From the NCBI RefSeq assembly GCF_018977255.1, contig NW_024704743.1, positions 38,876,001 to 38,940,000 on the forward strand: a stretch of DNA of 64,000 bases. Reading direction: 5' to 3'. Below, one piece after another: positions 38,843 through 51,272 of the stretch (positions within the stretch are counted from its first letter, which is position 1; each line of letters begins with the position of its first letter). This stretch comes from Callorhinchus milii (Eukaryota). The notes below the pieces were generated by a model that saw only the letters and a list, made by a program, of their open reading frames with translations, made no database searches and was not told where the DNA came from. Position numbers and translations under genes: made by a program.

Positions 38843-40700
38843 GGTGAGTGACTGAGTGAGGCAGTGAGTAAGTGAGGCAGTGAGTAAGTGAGGCAGTGAG
38901 TGATGCAGTGAGTGAGTGATGCAGTGAGTGAGGCTGTGAGTAAGTGGGTGAGTGAGTCAGTAAGTGAGTGACGCAGTGAGTGAGTGGTGAGGCAGTGAGT
39001 GAGGAAGTGAGTGAGTGAGACAGTGAGTGAGGCAATGAATGATTGAGACAGTGAGTGAGACAGTCAGTGAGTATGTGAGTGAGTGAGGCAGTGAATGAGT
39101 GAGTGAATGAGTGACGCAGTGAGTGAGGCAATGAGTGAGGCAGTGAGAGAGGGAGTGAGTGAGTGAGGCAATGAGTGAGACAGTGAGTGAGGCAGTGAGT
39201 GAGTGAGGCAGTGAGTGAGTGAGGCAGTGAGTGAGTGAGGCAGTGAGTGAGTGTGGCAGTGAGTGTGGCAGTGAGTGTGGCAGTGAGTGAGTGAGTGTGG
39301 CAGTGAGGCAGTGAGGGAGGGAGTGAGGCAGTGAGGGAGTGAGGCAGTGAGGGAGTGAGGCAGTGAGTGAGTGAGGTAGTGAGTGAGTGAGGCAGTGAGT
39401 GAGGCAGTGAGTGAGTGAGTGAGGCAGTGAGTGAGGCGGTGAGTGAGTGAGGCAGTGAGTGAGTGAGGCAGTGAGTGAGTGAGGCAGTGAGTGAGTGAGT
39501 GAGGCAGTGAGTGAATGAGGCAGTGAGTGAGTGAGTGAGTGAGTGAGTGAGTGAGTGAGTGAGTGAGGCAAGGAGTGAGACAGTGAGTGAGTGAGTGAGT
39601 GAGTGAGGCAGTGAGTGAGTGAGTGTGGCAGTGAGTGAGTGTGGCAGTGAGTGAGTGAGGCAGTGAGTGAGTGAGTGTGGCAGTGAGGCAGTGAGGGAGT
39701 GAGGCAGTGAGGGAGTGAGTGAGTGAGTGAGTGAGTGAGGCAGTGAGGCAGTGAGTGAGGCAGTGAGTGAGTGAGGCAGTGAGTGAGGCAGTGAGTGAGA
39801 GAAGCAGTGAGTGAGTGAGGCAGTGAGTGAGGCAGTGAGTGAGTGAGAGAGTGAGGCAATGAGTGAGTGAGTGAGTGAGGCAATGAGTGAGTGAGTGAGG
39901 CAATGAGTGAGTGAGGCAGTGAGTGAGTGAGGCAGTGAGTGAGCAATGAGTGAGGCAGTGAGTGAGTGAGGCAGTGAGTGAGTGAGTGAGTGAGGCAATG
40001 AGTGAGTGAGGCAATGAGTGAGTGAGTGAGTGAGGCAGTGAGTGAGTGAGTGTGGCAGTGAGTGAGGCAGTGAGTGAGTGAGTGTGGCAGTGAGGCAGTG
40101 AGGGAGTGAGGGAGTGAGTGAGTGAGGCAGTGAGGCAGTGAGTGAGTGAGGCAATGAGTGAGTGAGGCAGTGAGTGAGTGAGGCAGTGAGTGAGGCAGTG
40201 AGTGAGGCAGTGAGTGAGTGAGAGAGTGAGGCAATGAGTGAGTGACTGAGTGAGGCAGTGAGTGACTGAGTGAGGCAATGAGTGAGTGAGGCAGTGAGTG
40301 AGTGAATGAGTGAGGCAATGAGTGAGGCAGTGAGTGAGTGAGGCAATGAGTGAGGCAGTGAGTGAGTGAGTGAGTGAGGCAGTGAGTGAGGAAATGAGTG
40401 AGGCAATGAGTGAGGCAGTGAGTGAGTGAGTGAGTGAGGCAGTGAGTGAGTGAGTGAGTGAGTGAGGCAGTGAGTGAGTGAGTGAGGCAGTGAGTGAGTG
40501 AGTGAGTGAGTGAGTGAGTGAGTGAGGCAGTGAGTGAGTGAGAGAGAGAGTAAGTGAGTGAGTGAGTGAGGCAGTGAGTGAGTGAGAGAGAGAGTAAGTG
40601 AGTGAGTGAGTGAGAGAGTGAGTGAGGCAGTGAGTGAGTGAGAGAGTTAGTGAGTGTGAGGCAGTGAGTGAGTGAGTGAGTGAGTGACACAGTGACGCAG
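38843..40700. repeat. About 1.85-kb compound satellite of GAGT and GAGGCAGT units
   Basis: Directly visible. Units degenerate towards 38843, and the array abuts the CpG island at 40700. Confidence 0.98.
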
Positions 40701-41310
40701 TGACCCCCGCGTTCCTGATAAGAACGCGGAGTAACAACCGAACAAACAGCCGCGTTCCACTCACCCTCCGGGGGTTCGGCGGCGCCTCAGTCACTGTGCG
40801 CAGTGCTGTGACCACCCAGAGCGGCCCCGGCTCCCGGCAGCCCCCGCGCGCACACCGCGCCTCTCCCGCACGGTCGCCCCCCAGTGGCGCGGAGTACACC
40901 CTCTGCACTTGTATCTTTTTTTTTGTTGTTGGGGCTTTGGTGACCCGCACAGAGAGAAAAAAAATGTTCCATTCATCCCACCCACCGGAAATCCCAGAGG
41001 GGCTCACAACTTTGGGGTTGCACTTGAGAGGCGAGAAGGGCCCCACTCCGAGCGGTCCTGTGCTTTGAATAAAATGGGCGATGGAAGTTCTGCTCTGGTC
41101 CGGATGTTGACGTCGTCTCGTTGCGCCATTGCAAAACGAGGATAAGGCGCTGCCCCTGTGCCGCGGCCGACGCTGCCCACTCATCTGAACTCTCACCGCG
41201 CCACCAGTTGGTCGTTTACCTCGTTCGCCGACCTCGCGTTCTTCCCCGACCAGGACCGCTTTCCTCCGCCTCTGCCGCGTCGCCCACCTCCAACCGTACC
41301 TCATACCCCA
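40690..41310 (-). promoter_or_regulatory. CpG-island promoter of ZNF622 with probable non-coding first exon(s)
   Basis: The only CpG-rich non-repeat stretch in the window. Contains ETS-like CCGGAAAT (about 40985), CRE-like TGACGTC (about 41108) and YY1-like ATGGCG on the minus strand (about 41125). Candidate minus-strand donors: GG|GTGAGT (exon end 40765), CG|GTGAGA (41197), AG|GTAAAC (41220). Confidence 0.75.
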
Positions 41311-42759
41311 CCACCAAAGCTAAAACCCTCAACTACACGTTCGTCGCCTCCCGCCTTGATCATTGCAATTCCCTACTTGGTGGTTTCCGCAGCTCCGCCG
41401 TTCATAAAATCCAATTCATTCAAAACTCCCACTACTGGTGTCTTCACCACCTCCGTCCCTCCGTCACGCAGTCCTGGCCAGGCTCACTGGATCCCCATTG
41501 TAGAAGCATTGATTTCAAGATCCTCGCAGTCGAGTACAATCACTTCATGCCCTGGTATCTCCCTACCACTCCGATCTGCACACATTACACTCCACTATCC
41601 ATCACCTTTGCTCAGTTGGCTGCCGCGTTCGCCCACAAATATACAGTCTATTCACTTTACAGTGTGTTCTGTGAAGCGCTTTGGGACGTCCTCCCGACGT
41701 GAAAAGCGCTATATCAAATGCAAGGATTATTATTATTATTATTATTATTAGCCTCCTGCACATCCTTCATCCCCTCCTCTCCACCATGGTGGGTGGTGGC
41801 CATTCTTTCAGCCACAACGCCCCAAAACTACAAACTCTGGGGTTCAAACCCTCCACTTTGCCTCCTCCTCTCCCATCTTCAGATCACACCTGAAGACCTT
41901 CCTCTTCGCCTGTGCCTGCGATCATCTCCTCTCCTTGGCTCAGCATCAAACTCTGCGAGACGCTACCGCCACATGAAGAGTGCTATGTAAATACAAGTTG
42001 TTATGTTCGTGGAGACCTAGTTGCTATGTTTGCTTGTACAACTCAAAGAAACTCAAAGTAACAAAGTAATTGTGCAAAGTGGTTTGAGACAATATCTAAT
42101 AAAGCATTGCATTAAATTCAAGTATGGTATAAATATAACATTTTGTGGGCGCAGAAAGTTGTGCAAGACTCAAATGATTCAAAACTCTGTCACCCATGTC
42201 ATCAACCATAAGAGGCTCCACACCATCACCCCGATGCTTGCCAGACTCCACTGCATCGGTTAATAATAAATCTTTGCATTTGATATAGCGCCTTATCACA
42301 TCACTGAGACATCTTAAAGTGCTTCATGGAATAGTGTAAAGTGAGTTGACTATTTTGTGATGGAAAAAAGGGGCTGCCAATTGTTGCCCATAAACAGTTG
42401 TGGATTGAGTGACCAAATTATTATTATTTTTTGAGGGATTATTTCCCCCGGATCTGCCAATTGACTAGCAACCGGGGTCCTATTTACTGCTGGGTAAACG
42501 GAGGTTTGTGGAATAAGGAAATGTGACTAAAGTTTTGTCCTGTTGCAGAACAGATTGATTTCAATATCTTCACTCTCACTTTCAAATCTCTTGACACCCT
42601 GCCATCTCCCTACCTCTCCGGTTTGCTAACATCCCATTCTTCTACCTGCTTCCTTCGCTGAGCTGGCACTGCCTCATGTCCTTCAGCCTCTCCACAATTG
42701 AGATGTCACTTTATGTAATTTCAGTTGGATGTTAAGAATTCAACATCTTATTGTGTATC

Positions 42760-43170
42760 AGCCTAGTATAGAGGGTAGCGCTCTTGCCTCTTGAGTCAGA
42801 AGGTTGTGGGTTTGAGCCAGACATCAGGACTTGGAACTCATACACTCTAACGTGACACTGCAATTAAGTGTTAGGGTTGTGTTGCAATGTTGGAGATGCC
42901 ATTCTTGGATGAGACTTTACACCAAGACCCCTGTCTGTCTGTTCAGGGGGACATTAATGATCCCATGGCACTATATTAAAACAGAAAGGAATTTCTGCAG
43001 TATCCTGGCCAACAATCCATAAATAAAACTGGTCATTCACTGCATGGCTGTTTGTGGGGCATTGCTGTGCGCAAAGTGGGTATCACATTTGCCTAAAACA
43101 CATTACAGTATATTGTGTGAAGCACTTTGGGACATCCTCCTGACATAAAAGGCACTATACCAAATGAATT
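42760..43170 (+). mobile_element. Older SacSINE1/AmnSINE1-like DeuSINE; relatives at about 2955-3290 (+), 55395-55690 (+), 59950-60235 (+) and 63365-63775 (-)
   Basis: GGTAGCGCTCTTGCCTC.TGAGTCAGAAGGTTGTGGGTT head, GGATGAGAC..TGTTCAGG..GATCCCATGGCACTAT body and Deu core. Family assignment is from memory of the consensus. Confidence 0.75.
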
Positions 43171-43258
43171 ACCAAATTATTATTGGATAATGTACTGCTA
43201 AACATAGACAATGTACTGAATCACCTTGTTGATGCTCAAAGCACCCATGATCTATAAG

Positions 43259-43621
43259 CAGGGGTTCCCACTTTCAGGGCTTAAGGCTCCCAAAGGGTTA
43301 GGTATCAAGGTATCAAGAGCCCATAGGATATTAGATATCCTGACTGAGGATCCCCACTCGGGCTGGCGAGGGCTTCCTGCTGAGCAACAAGGTCACCCTC
43401 CCTTCCTACACATCTTACACTGGAACTATCGGAATGCACCTTTCTCATCTGCTCCTCGGGCTGCGCAGACTTCCGGTTGAACAACTACAACAAATTTCTT
43501 TTATATAGCACCTTTCACGTCGGGAAGTAGAACTAGGCTTCCGTAATCTTTGCACTTCCCACGCATCTCTCAGCTCCACATACCCCCCAAGAGTCCGTGG
43601 ACCCCTATTTGGGAACCACTG
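43259..43621. mobile_element. hAT-Charlie-like MITE
   Basis: TIRs CAGGGGTTCCCAC / CAGTGGTTCCCAA. Flanks ATCTATAAG / ATCTAGAG fit the Charlie NTCTAGAN target. A small L2 tail is inserted at about 43480-43525. Confidence 0.72.
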
Positions 43622-46600
43622 ATCTAGAGGCTTCTCTTAACTCTGAGAATGCTTCTATTTGTTTTATGCGAAAAGACTACCTTTCTGAATGACATTGCAC
43701 TAACCTTCTGTCAAAGACTCCCACTCAGATGTAAAATGTTTCCAAGGTTGTTTCTTGCTTTTTCCCGAGAAGCAGCAGTGATTGGTGGTTGTCAAAATGT
43801 GGAATAATTCAGGAGTGTCCCAGAATATTTTAAACCCAAGCAAACCCATGTGTACTGACCAGTCGATATTAATTGGGACATAAACCTATTAGACATGTCT
43901 GAAGCAACAGTGATGGAAAATACTAAAACTAAGCCAGCTATAAATAAACTTCACTTTAAAAAAACACAGAATGACTTCAAATTATTTATCTTTTATAAAT
44001 GACGAAAATCATCACATTTAATGGTCTTTTAGCTTTTAGCATGTCCACCTAATGCAGACAATAAAATAATTAGCTCAGTGACACACAAGATTGGTAGCGC
44101 ACTCACTGTACAACAGCTATATTTGTTTCAAGTATGTGCTTTTCCTGTTTATTGACAGGGTTTTATTTAGGGTTGAGTTGATTCTAAGGCAACAAATTTG
44201 GCAATGGAAAATTGGAACGGAATCTATCCTCTGTGGTGAGCCCTGTACATGAGCCAGGAGCCAAGCAGATCTGCAGTACTCCAAGGCACTGAACTCAATA
44301 GCCTGGTTTATTGATCAGATTTGAAGAAGAAAGTCAGTGTCTGGGGCTGGGATACTTTCCACTCTGCTCTAGATAATCCTGTAAACCCAAGTCCTAACTC
44401 GGTCCTGGGTGTAGTCTCAGGTGGACAAGCAGTAGGAAGCTTAGTAATTCTCTGCATTGATAAGACTGTGGAATCTCGGTTAAATTCCAGCAGTACTCCA
44501 ATTCACACTATGGGGTTTCAATCCTTGGCTCTTGGCAACCTGCACCAAATACTTTCCAAAATAGGTGAGCAGGGTGCATCCCTTTGGTGAGTGAATGTGC
44601 CCTCTATACCCTCCAACTGGGATTATATAATCAGGGTGTTTCCCTCTGGGGTAGAGTGCACACTGCACATCAAATAGAAACCATACTTACATGGAACTCC
44701 CAATGGTTTAATTTGGAGAAATACAGTGGTATGAATCCACAGTGAGTCGTCCGACCAAAACAAAGGGTAATAAAAACACGATTTCTTATCTTCAAGGCAT
44801 CTCTTTATTAAAATATTTGACCGTTCCGTTCCTCTAGGACACCTACAAGTTAGTGGAGGATAAAAGTATGAGGAAAAGTATTTTTTTATTCAACTTAGCA
44901 ACACATCTAAAATAATTCGCAAGTTGCATCGAGTCCTCAGTGAGCTTTAGGAAAAATGATGAAATAAGAACAAGACTGAAGTAGAGAATGTACAAAGGGT
45001 TCTGTGTTAGAAAATGAATGTTACATGGATAATTGACATAACTCAAAAATCTATGATTTAGGTTTTCTTAAACAGGGAGCTGCATATAAAACAAAATGTT
45101 CAACAAAAATCAGAGTACTGTAATTTGTATTGGAAAATTGACATTAGACTGGTTAAAGAGGATGTTATTGTACATAAAGTGCCTTTATTTTTTTTGTTGA
45201 AAAAAGCAGTCATCAATCACAAAGAGAAACAAATCAGCACAGTATTACACAAGCTTTGATTATCACATCCTACTAGGATAACGGGCATGTATTTACCACT
45301 GAAATAATTTTAGATCCTATGCATAAAAGGTTCTTTAATAAAGTGCTGCAGATGGGACTTTTTCATCTTGCTTTACTGAAATACCATCACAATAAGACAT
45401 TTTGTAATGACCTCTATTTCTGGTTATTCTTAGTTTTGGAGAGTGAGAGAGTAACTGTTATTGGCTTACATGCTGCTTTGAGAGAAAGTGCATTTTAGTA
45501 AATAACATGTATAAAGTGCAAAAATATATTTTATTTGTAATATTTTTCAAAATCAATTCCCATTTGTCCCATCACCCACATTTCATAATGATCTTTCAGT
45601 TTTCCACAAAATTACATTTAATGACAAAATGCATGACTGACTGTGATGATCTCCATACTTTCCTTGAATATAGCTGAACTGTGGAGCAATCCACTGGTTC
45701 CTTTCATGTACGGCTAAACATATCCAAACAAAGAAAATGTGCCTGAAACCGGATAGACAATACATAAGAAATAGATGTGCTCAATTTTAGTTTGTAACCA
45801 GAAACAGATGTCACAAAAGCAAGCCCAAAGAATTGGCCTATCCCAACTTTTTTTAAAAAAACCATCTGACCAAAACACCTTCCAATCAAGAGTACTGCAG
45901 CACTAAACTCAGGATTGATTTAATGCAGAACAATGGTTGCAATTTATGTTGATCATTCCAGTATGAAAAGGGACATTCATATATATGAGAGTGAGGTGTC
46001 CAAATCGTGTAAGTGCAGCAACTGTGAAGTGAAGTTTAAAACTCTGAACCATTTGTTACTGAAAGTTTGTAAAATACTTAACTTTCAGATTAAGGTCAAA
46101 TATTATCTAAAGCCAAGGTTAACTGATAGTACAACATCTAATATCCTGCCTGTCATCTTTTGTTTGTGCTCCCAAATGAAGTTTGTTTGACTGTCAACCC
46201 AAATTATTGATAAATGTACTGAAAACAGGTTCTTGTTTAATTAAACTGAGCTCCTAAATGTGTGCTTGTATGCAATACCTACATCCACACAAAATAGGAT
46301 TGCAGAATCTCTGTTAACAGTCACTGTAAAACCATAACATTGCGCAACTGCAGTTACTGCATACTACAACAAATTGGGAAGATGAAACAAATAAACGTGG
46401 GTCCCAACTCTGAAGATTTACACTCTTAACTTAGGGACATTTCCATGTCCTCTTACTCAGTAAGGTGGGTCAAATTTGCAGACTCCTGCACTAATTTTCA
46501 TTGAATTTACAAATAAAGTGTGATGACTGTTACACACTGTATTTGCAAAAAAAAATCTTAAAACTGGCATAGATCTGATGTTTACTGTTAGTCATGTGTC

Positions 46601-48817
46601 AATTAGACAATTTTTTTTAAAAAAAGGACAGAGGGACTGTTCCCACATCTCAGGATAAATCTAAACTATCCTATAACAATATTTAGAATTAAAACACATT
46701 TCAAATGAATATTAAATATTCAAAAAGGATCATTTTCTACTGCAGCATGCAGAGGTGTATGGATTCAGGTCAAGCAGGAAAGAAATGAAACTAGCTTTAA
46801 TTCTCTTAATACTAAAAGACCCAAATATTATGATACGCCACCTCAGGATAATTCGCGACCTGATCACTAAAACTGTACCTTTAGCCAACACACGTTGATG
46901 AAACAGCAAAACTAAGCTACGGAGTTAGCCTTTTTTGGTTCTCTTTCTATGCTAATAGGTATTCACAGGAGCAACAGAAACCATTTGAGGCTTCAAAGGA
47001 TGAAATCAGTTATTTAAACAGTCAGTCACTACATGCTCAATAGAAAATGTACCAATTACAATCATAAAAATTAGTAAATAAATTTATTAATTTTTTTTTT
47101 AGATAAACTACTCCATACCTATAAACAAGCTAGGCAAATGCAAACTAGACTTATTGATCTAACCGCTCCAGTCAATAGATTGGACATCTTAAAAATGCTT
47201 TCACATACAGAGCCCTATTCCAATTATTGTTTGGACTTTTTTCAGTGAGGAATATAAAATGTAAAATTGGTTTGGCCGTCTACACCTAGATAAAAATTCA
47301 CATATTCAAATTTAAAGTATTCAGAGAGGGACAGGCTTTTGGGGCACAATGGCCTTTCTAATCTTGAAAGTTCTTATGTTATGAAATGTCCCCTAAGGCT
47401 GTGCTTCTTGAGCTGGGATGAGCTGTGGAGAGACGAGGAGAGAGGACAACCAGCTCACCATTCCAACTCTGGGCCTTGAATGTGTTCAACAGAGTGGACA
47501 TCACCAGGGGCCGGTACAATATTTTATATATGAAGGAAATTAGTGTGAATTTCAGAGTAATCGTTTCATTTCAACAACCAGCCCTAACATGGAGCAAAGT
47601 ACAACAGCTAGATTAGCTGCCAGGGTGTTTATTAATCTTTGAAACAAACTATTTGCAACATTGTGCCAACTATCCAAAGTTCACTAAAATGTTTCCAGTC
47701 AGGTCTTTTAACTCAGGAAAACATCTGACGTGTAAACAAATATGGAAAAATCTAAAGTATCTGTAGCTATTTGTAAACTAATAAACAAAATTTAAATGTG
47801 TCAGATGTGGTTTACAACTTGATATTTGATACATTTCTGAATTTGCAGTCCATTAAGGCAAAGGGTCAAAGAAATTGTAGTACAGATTTGTTTTACACAT
47901 TAAAAAGCGGTGCAGGCTTGGAGATGGATGAATAATCTGAAATTTGAAAGAGGCTTACTTTGAACATTCTACTCATATGCAACAATAAAATGAGTACAGT
48001 TAATAATTCCATGGGTACGTCTACTTTAATACGCTAAAATAAAAAAAACCACAAGAGGAAAATAGGAATTGTCAGGAATGCCCTGCAGAGAAATCAGCAC
48101 CTGAATGAGCTTAATGTTTCAGCCAGGACCCTGCAGCAGAACTCAATGAAACATTAATCTGTGTCTCTTTCAGATGCAGATCGTCTTGCTGTGCATTGGA
48201 TTTTGTTTTGAATTTAAGATTTGCAGTTTTTCTCTTGCTTATCTCTGCAGAGAGGAATACCTTTACAAAATAATCTAAAATACTGCCTTGTATGCGAAAG
48301 AGGTCATTTTGTTTCCTTCGCAGTCCAGTTGTAATAGACCCAGGTGGAGTTTCTGATGACTGATTGTCAATGTCTGCGCACAAGTTTCAAAAAGAACGAA
48401 AAACTGTGTTCAGTGCATACCTGACTTTCTAATTTGGCAATATATGTCAGTTAAAACATCTTTTAAAGCTTAACAACTTATAGATCAACAAGACAGGATT
48501 AATTTCCATGCTGTTATTTCAAGGCATAAAGATTATAGTCAGACAACACACACAAAATAGGTGGCCCATTATACCAAATAACACAAATCAATTCAGTTGC
48601 TTCAATAACTAGATTATTAAACGCTGATAAATGTGCAGAACTATTTCACTTTTTTTTCATTCTTTTCTTGCTGCACTCATTAGTTCCATATTCACAAGAT
48701 CATATTTTTAAGGTTTGGCTCTTTCAGGGAACAACGGTAGTAAATAAGCCCGTAGCTTGTGTTTGTTTGTTGTTCACATGTGGTCTGTATGTTTATTCTC
48801 CAGCCCTGAAAGGAGGC

Positions 48818-49338
48818 TTAATGACCCCCGAGTAGGTTTGAGAGAAAACCTGACTTGCCATCTTTGGCTTGACGTTGGTTTGCTGCCTGGCCCTGATCCA
48901 GTCCTAGTTCGCTCTCAATCTGTTCCAGCTCCGACTCGTCAAGCAGTTCAAAGTCATCAGCCTCTTCGGTATCAGTCTCATCGCTTGAGTTGAGCTGTGG
49001 CGCTGGGGCGGGAACCGGCTCTGCGGACTGCAACTGGCCTTTCACAGCTGATGACACAGCTGCAGCTATGACGTCACTCGCCACTGTGCTGATAAGATTG
49101 AAGGTCTGTTCTTCCGACAAGTTTAAGAGATGTCCAGCAAGCAAGCTTCCTGCATGTATGCCTTCCTGACATGAACCTGCGTCATAGGGTTCCAGTGTGG
49201 GAATTGGAGGAGTAGGGATGCCAATGCTCAAGTCATCGTCGTCGTCATCTATTGTTCCCTTGTTACCAGTCTCTATTGATGGGAATTCTGGAAGATCTCT
49301 GGCAAATACTTCTTCATGATCACTTGGACGGTCTAGAT
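48818..49338 (-). CDS. RETREG1: RETREG1 last coding exon with LC3-interacting region DDFELL (48941-48958)
   Basis: Acceptor TCTTTGAATCAG. Encodes DLDRPSDHEEVFARDLPEFPS...DTEEADDFELLDESELEQIESELGL...SGFLSNLLGGH*, the diagnostic FAM134B C-terminus. Confidence 0.97.
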
Positions 49339-49999
49339 CTGATTCAAAGATTAAATCACACATTTTTAAAGATAATTTCAGCATTCTTATAGAAATTTTA
49401 CTGCATTTTTGTTTCAACACTTGTTCGATAATAATAATAATCCTTGCAATTGATATCGTGCCTTATATCATTGAGAAGTCTCAAAGCGCTTTACAGAATA
49501 TACCGCAAAGTGAACTGACTGTATATTTTGTGGGCAAAATTGCATGGCGACTTAAAATAGCTATGCTCATAATCCAGATTTATTGTGTTAATTATGATTT
49601 CTATTTTGAGAATAACAGATTGCAACATTCATGACATAGCAAATTCTGAATCTTGAGCTGATGAAATCCAGTAAAAGGTCTGCAAGCAAAATAGCAGCTT
49701 ATTTATTTGCTGACTTTTTCCCTCTGGAATGCCGGCTAGGGATTCGCCGTAAACGTTTTGTTCACCTCTGACAAATCTCCCAAACTAGAACTCACAAATA
49801 AAAAAAATTATGTTTGTATATGTCAACCTATTATCCCGGCTGCTCCCTTCACTCAATAAACACAGACAAGCTTCATGGCCCCCGCCATCCTATCCTCCCC
49901 ATCTTTATTTGATGGCCTTTTCAGCCATTCTGCCTGTGTTCCCTGGAATTGTATCCCGGAGTCCATCTAACTTGCTCTCTTCTACCACCTTTCAAGGTA

Positions 50000-50373
50000 T
50001 AATAATAAATAATAATAATTGCATTTGATATAGCACTTTTCACGTCTTCTAGACTTCTCAAAGCGTTTCACGGAATATACTGTAAAGTGATCTGATTGTA
50101 CATTTGTGGACAAAACGTGCCAGCCAATTGCGTACAGCAGTGTCCCACAAACGTCATAGATTGAGTGACCAAATTATTATTGCTTGTTTTTCTTTGAAGG
50201 ATTATTACCCCTGAGAAAGCAATCTGCCAATCGACTAACCACCCGATTCCTGCTTACTGCTAGGTAAACAGAGACATGTGGAGTAAGGAAACTTGCCCAA
50301 GGTTTCGCCCTGCCGGGAACAGAACCCAGGTCTCTCGCTTGCGAGACGAGAGCTCTAACCACTGAGCTACAGG
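50000..50373 (-). mobile_element. tRNA/Deu SINE, full length, long form (RETREG1 last intron)
   Basis: Same family, including the extra roughly 60-bp segment. Confidence 0.93.
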
Positions 50374-50543
50374 TATGCTTCAAAATATACCTCTGAATGC
50401 ATCTTCAGTCATCTTTCCCAGTCACCTCAAAATTTATTTAAGAATAAATCCAGTCAGTTTTAAAAATTTGACTATTTCATTCATATCTAATGTATAAAAA
50501 AAATTATGTGTAGATGCTATTATGACAGACAGATTGACCATAC

Positions 50544-50670
50544 CATCTGAAGCGTCAGTCTGCGGTGTATGGCCTCCTGACAAGTTAAAGGTACCATTTT
50601 CTGTCCAGGATATCTCTGAAGGTTCTGTGTCAGAGATGGATAGTTCTTTGCCAAGTCCCGAAATGCTTAC
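50544..50670 (-). CDS. RETREG1: RETREG1 penultimate exon (about exon 8)
   Basis: Acceptor TCTTTGCCTGTGCAG, donor G|GTATGG, 127 nt, phase 0-1. Encodes [42 protein letters not shown], containing the family motif WTxNGTFNLSxGxTPQTD. Confidence 0.94.
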
Positions 50671-51198
50671 CTGCACAGGCAAAGATAAGAGTATAACGGG
50701 TTAACAGGAAAACATTGAAGAGAATCCAGTAATAATAAATTGATTATGCCCCTTTGTTCTGGATTCTCCCACCAGAGGAAATAATTTCTCTGTATCTACT
50801 CTATCAAATCCTTTCATTATTTTAAAAACCTTAATTAGATCACCCCTCAACCTTCTAAATTCAAGGGAAGTTTATGCAACTGGTTTTGTACACTACAGAA
50901 GACAACACGAAAGGAGACTCAGATAGAGAGGAGACATCCCTTGCTTCTAATTCTGGTATGTCAGCCCAAGCTTGGTTTCTGTTAGAGGGCCATATGCATA
51001 TGGAGGTTTTGTGAAAGAGTCTTCATGACTTGATCAATGCTTTTACTGATTTTAGCGTGACTGACTCCAAGTAGCCCTCCATATGTATCAGTATGAGGAA
51101 CTTGTGCACTGCACTCACCATCTTCAACTGTGGCACTCAGTGGGATTATACTGTCCTCGCTGGACAAGCAGTTGAAAGCTCTCGACAAACTGACTAAC

Positions 51199-51272
51199 CT
51201 TGGGACAAAGAGCAGATGTGTCAGCTTCACTCTCATCTTCTGCTTTTCTTTCAGCTAATTCTTTCTGCCGCA
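51199..51272 (-). CDS. RETREG1: RETREG1 exon (about exon 7)
   Basis: Acceptor TTTTGTTGCAG, donor AAG|GTTAGT, 74 nt, phase 1-0. Encodes MRQKELAERKAEDESEADTSALCPK. Confidence 0.92.

Noticed and set aside
38829..41304. Three long minus-strand ORFs (525, 577 and 746 aa) rich in SLTH/HCL
   Set aside because: Artefact of the stop-free (TCAC)n satellite being open in all three frames; no domain content.
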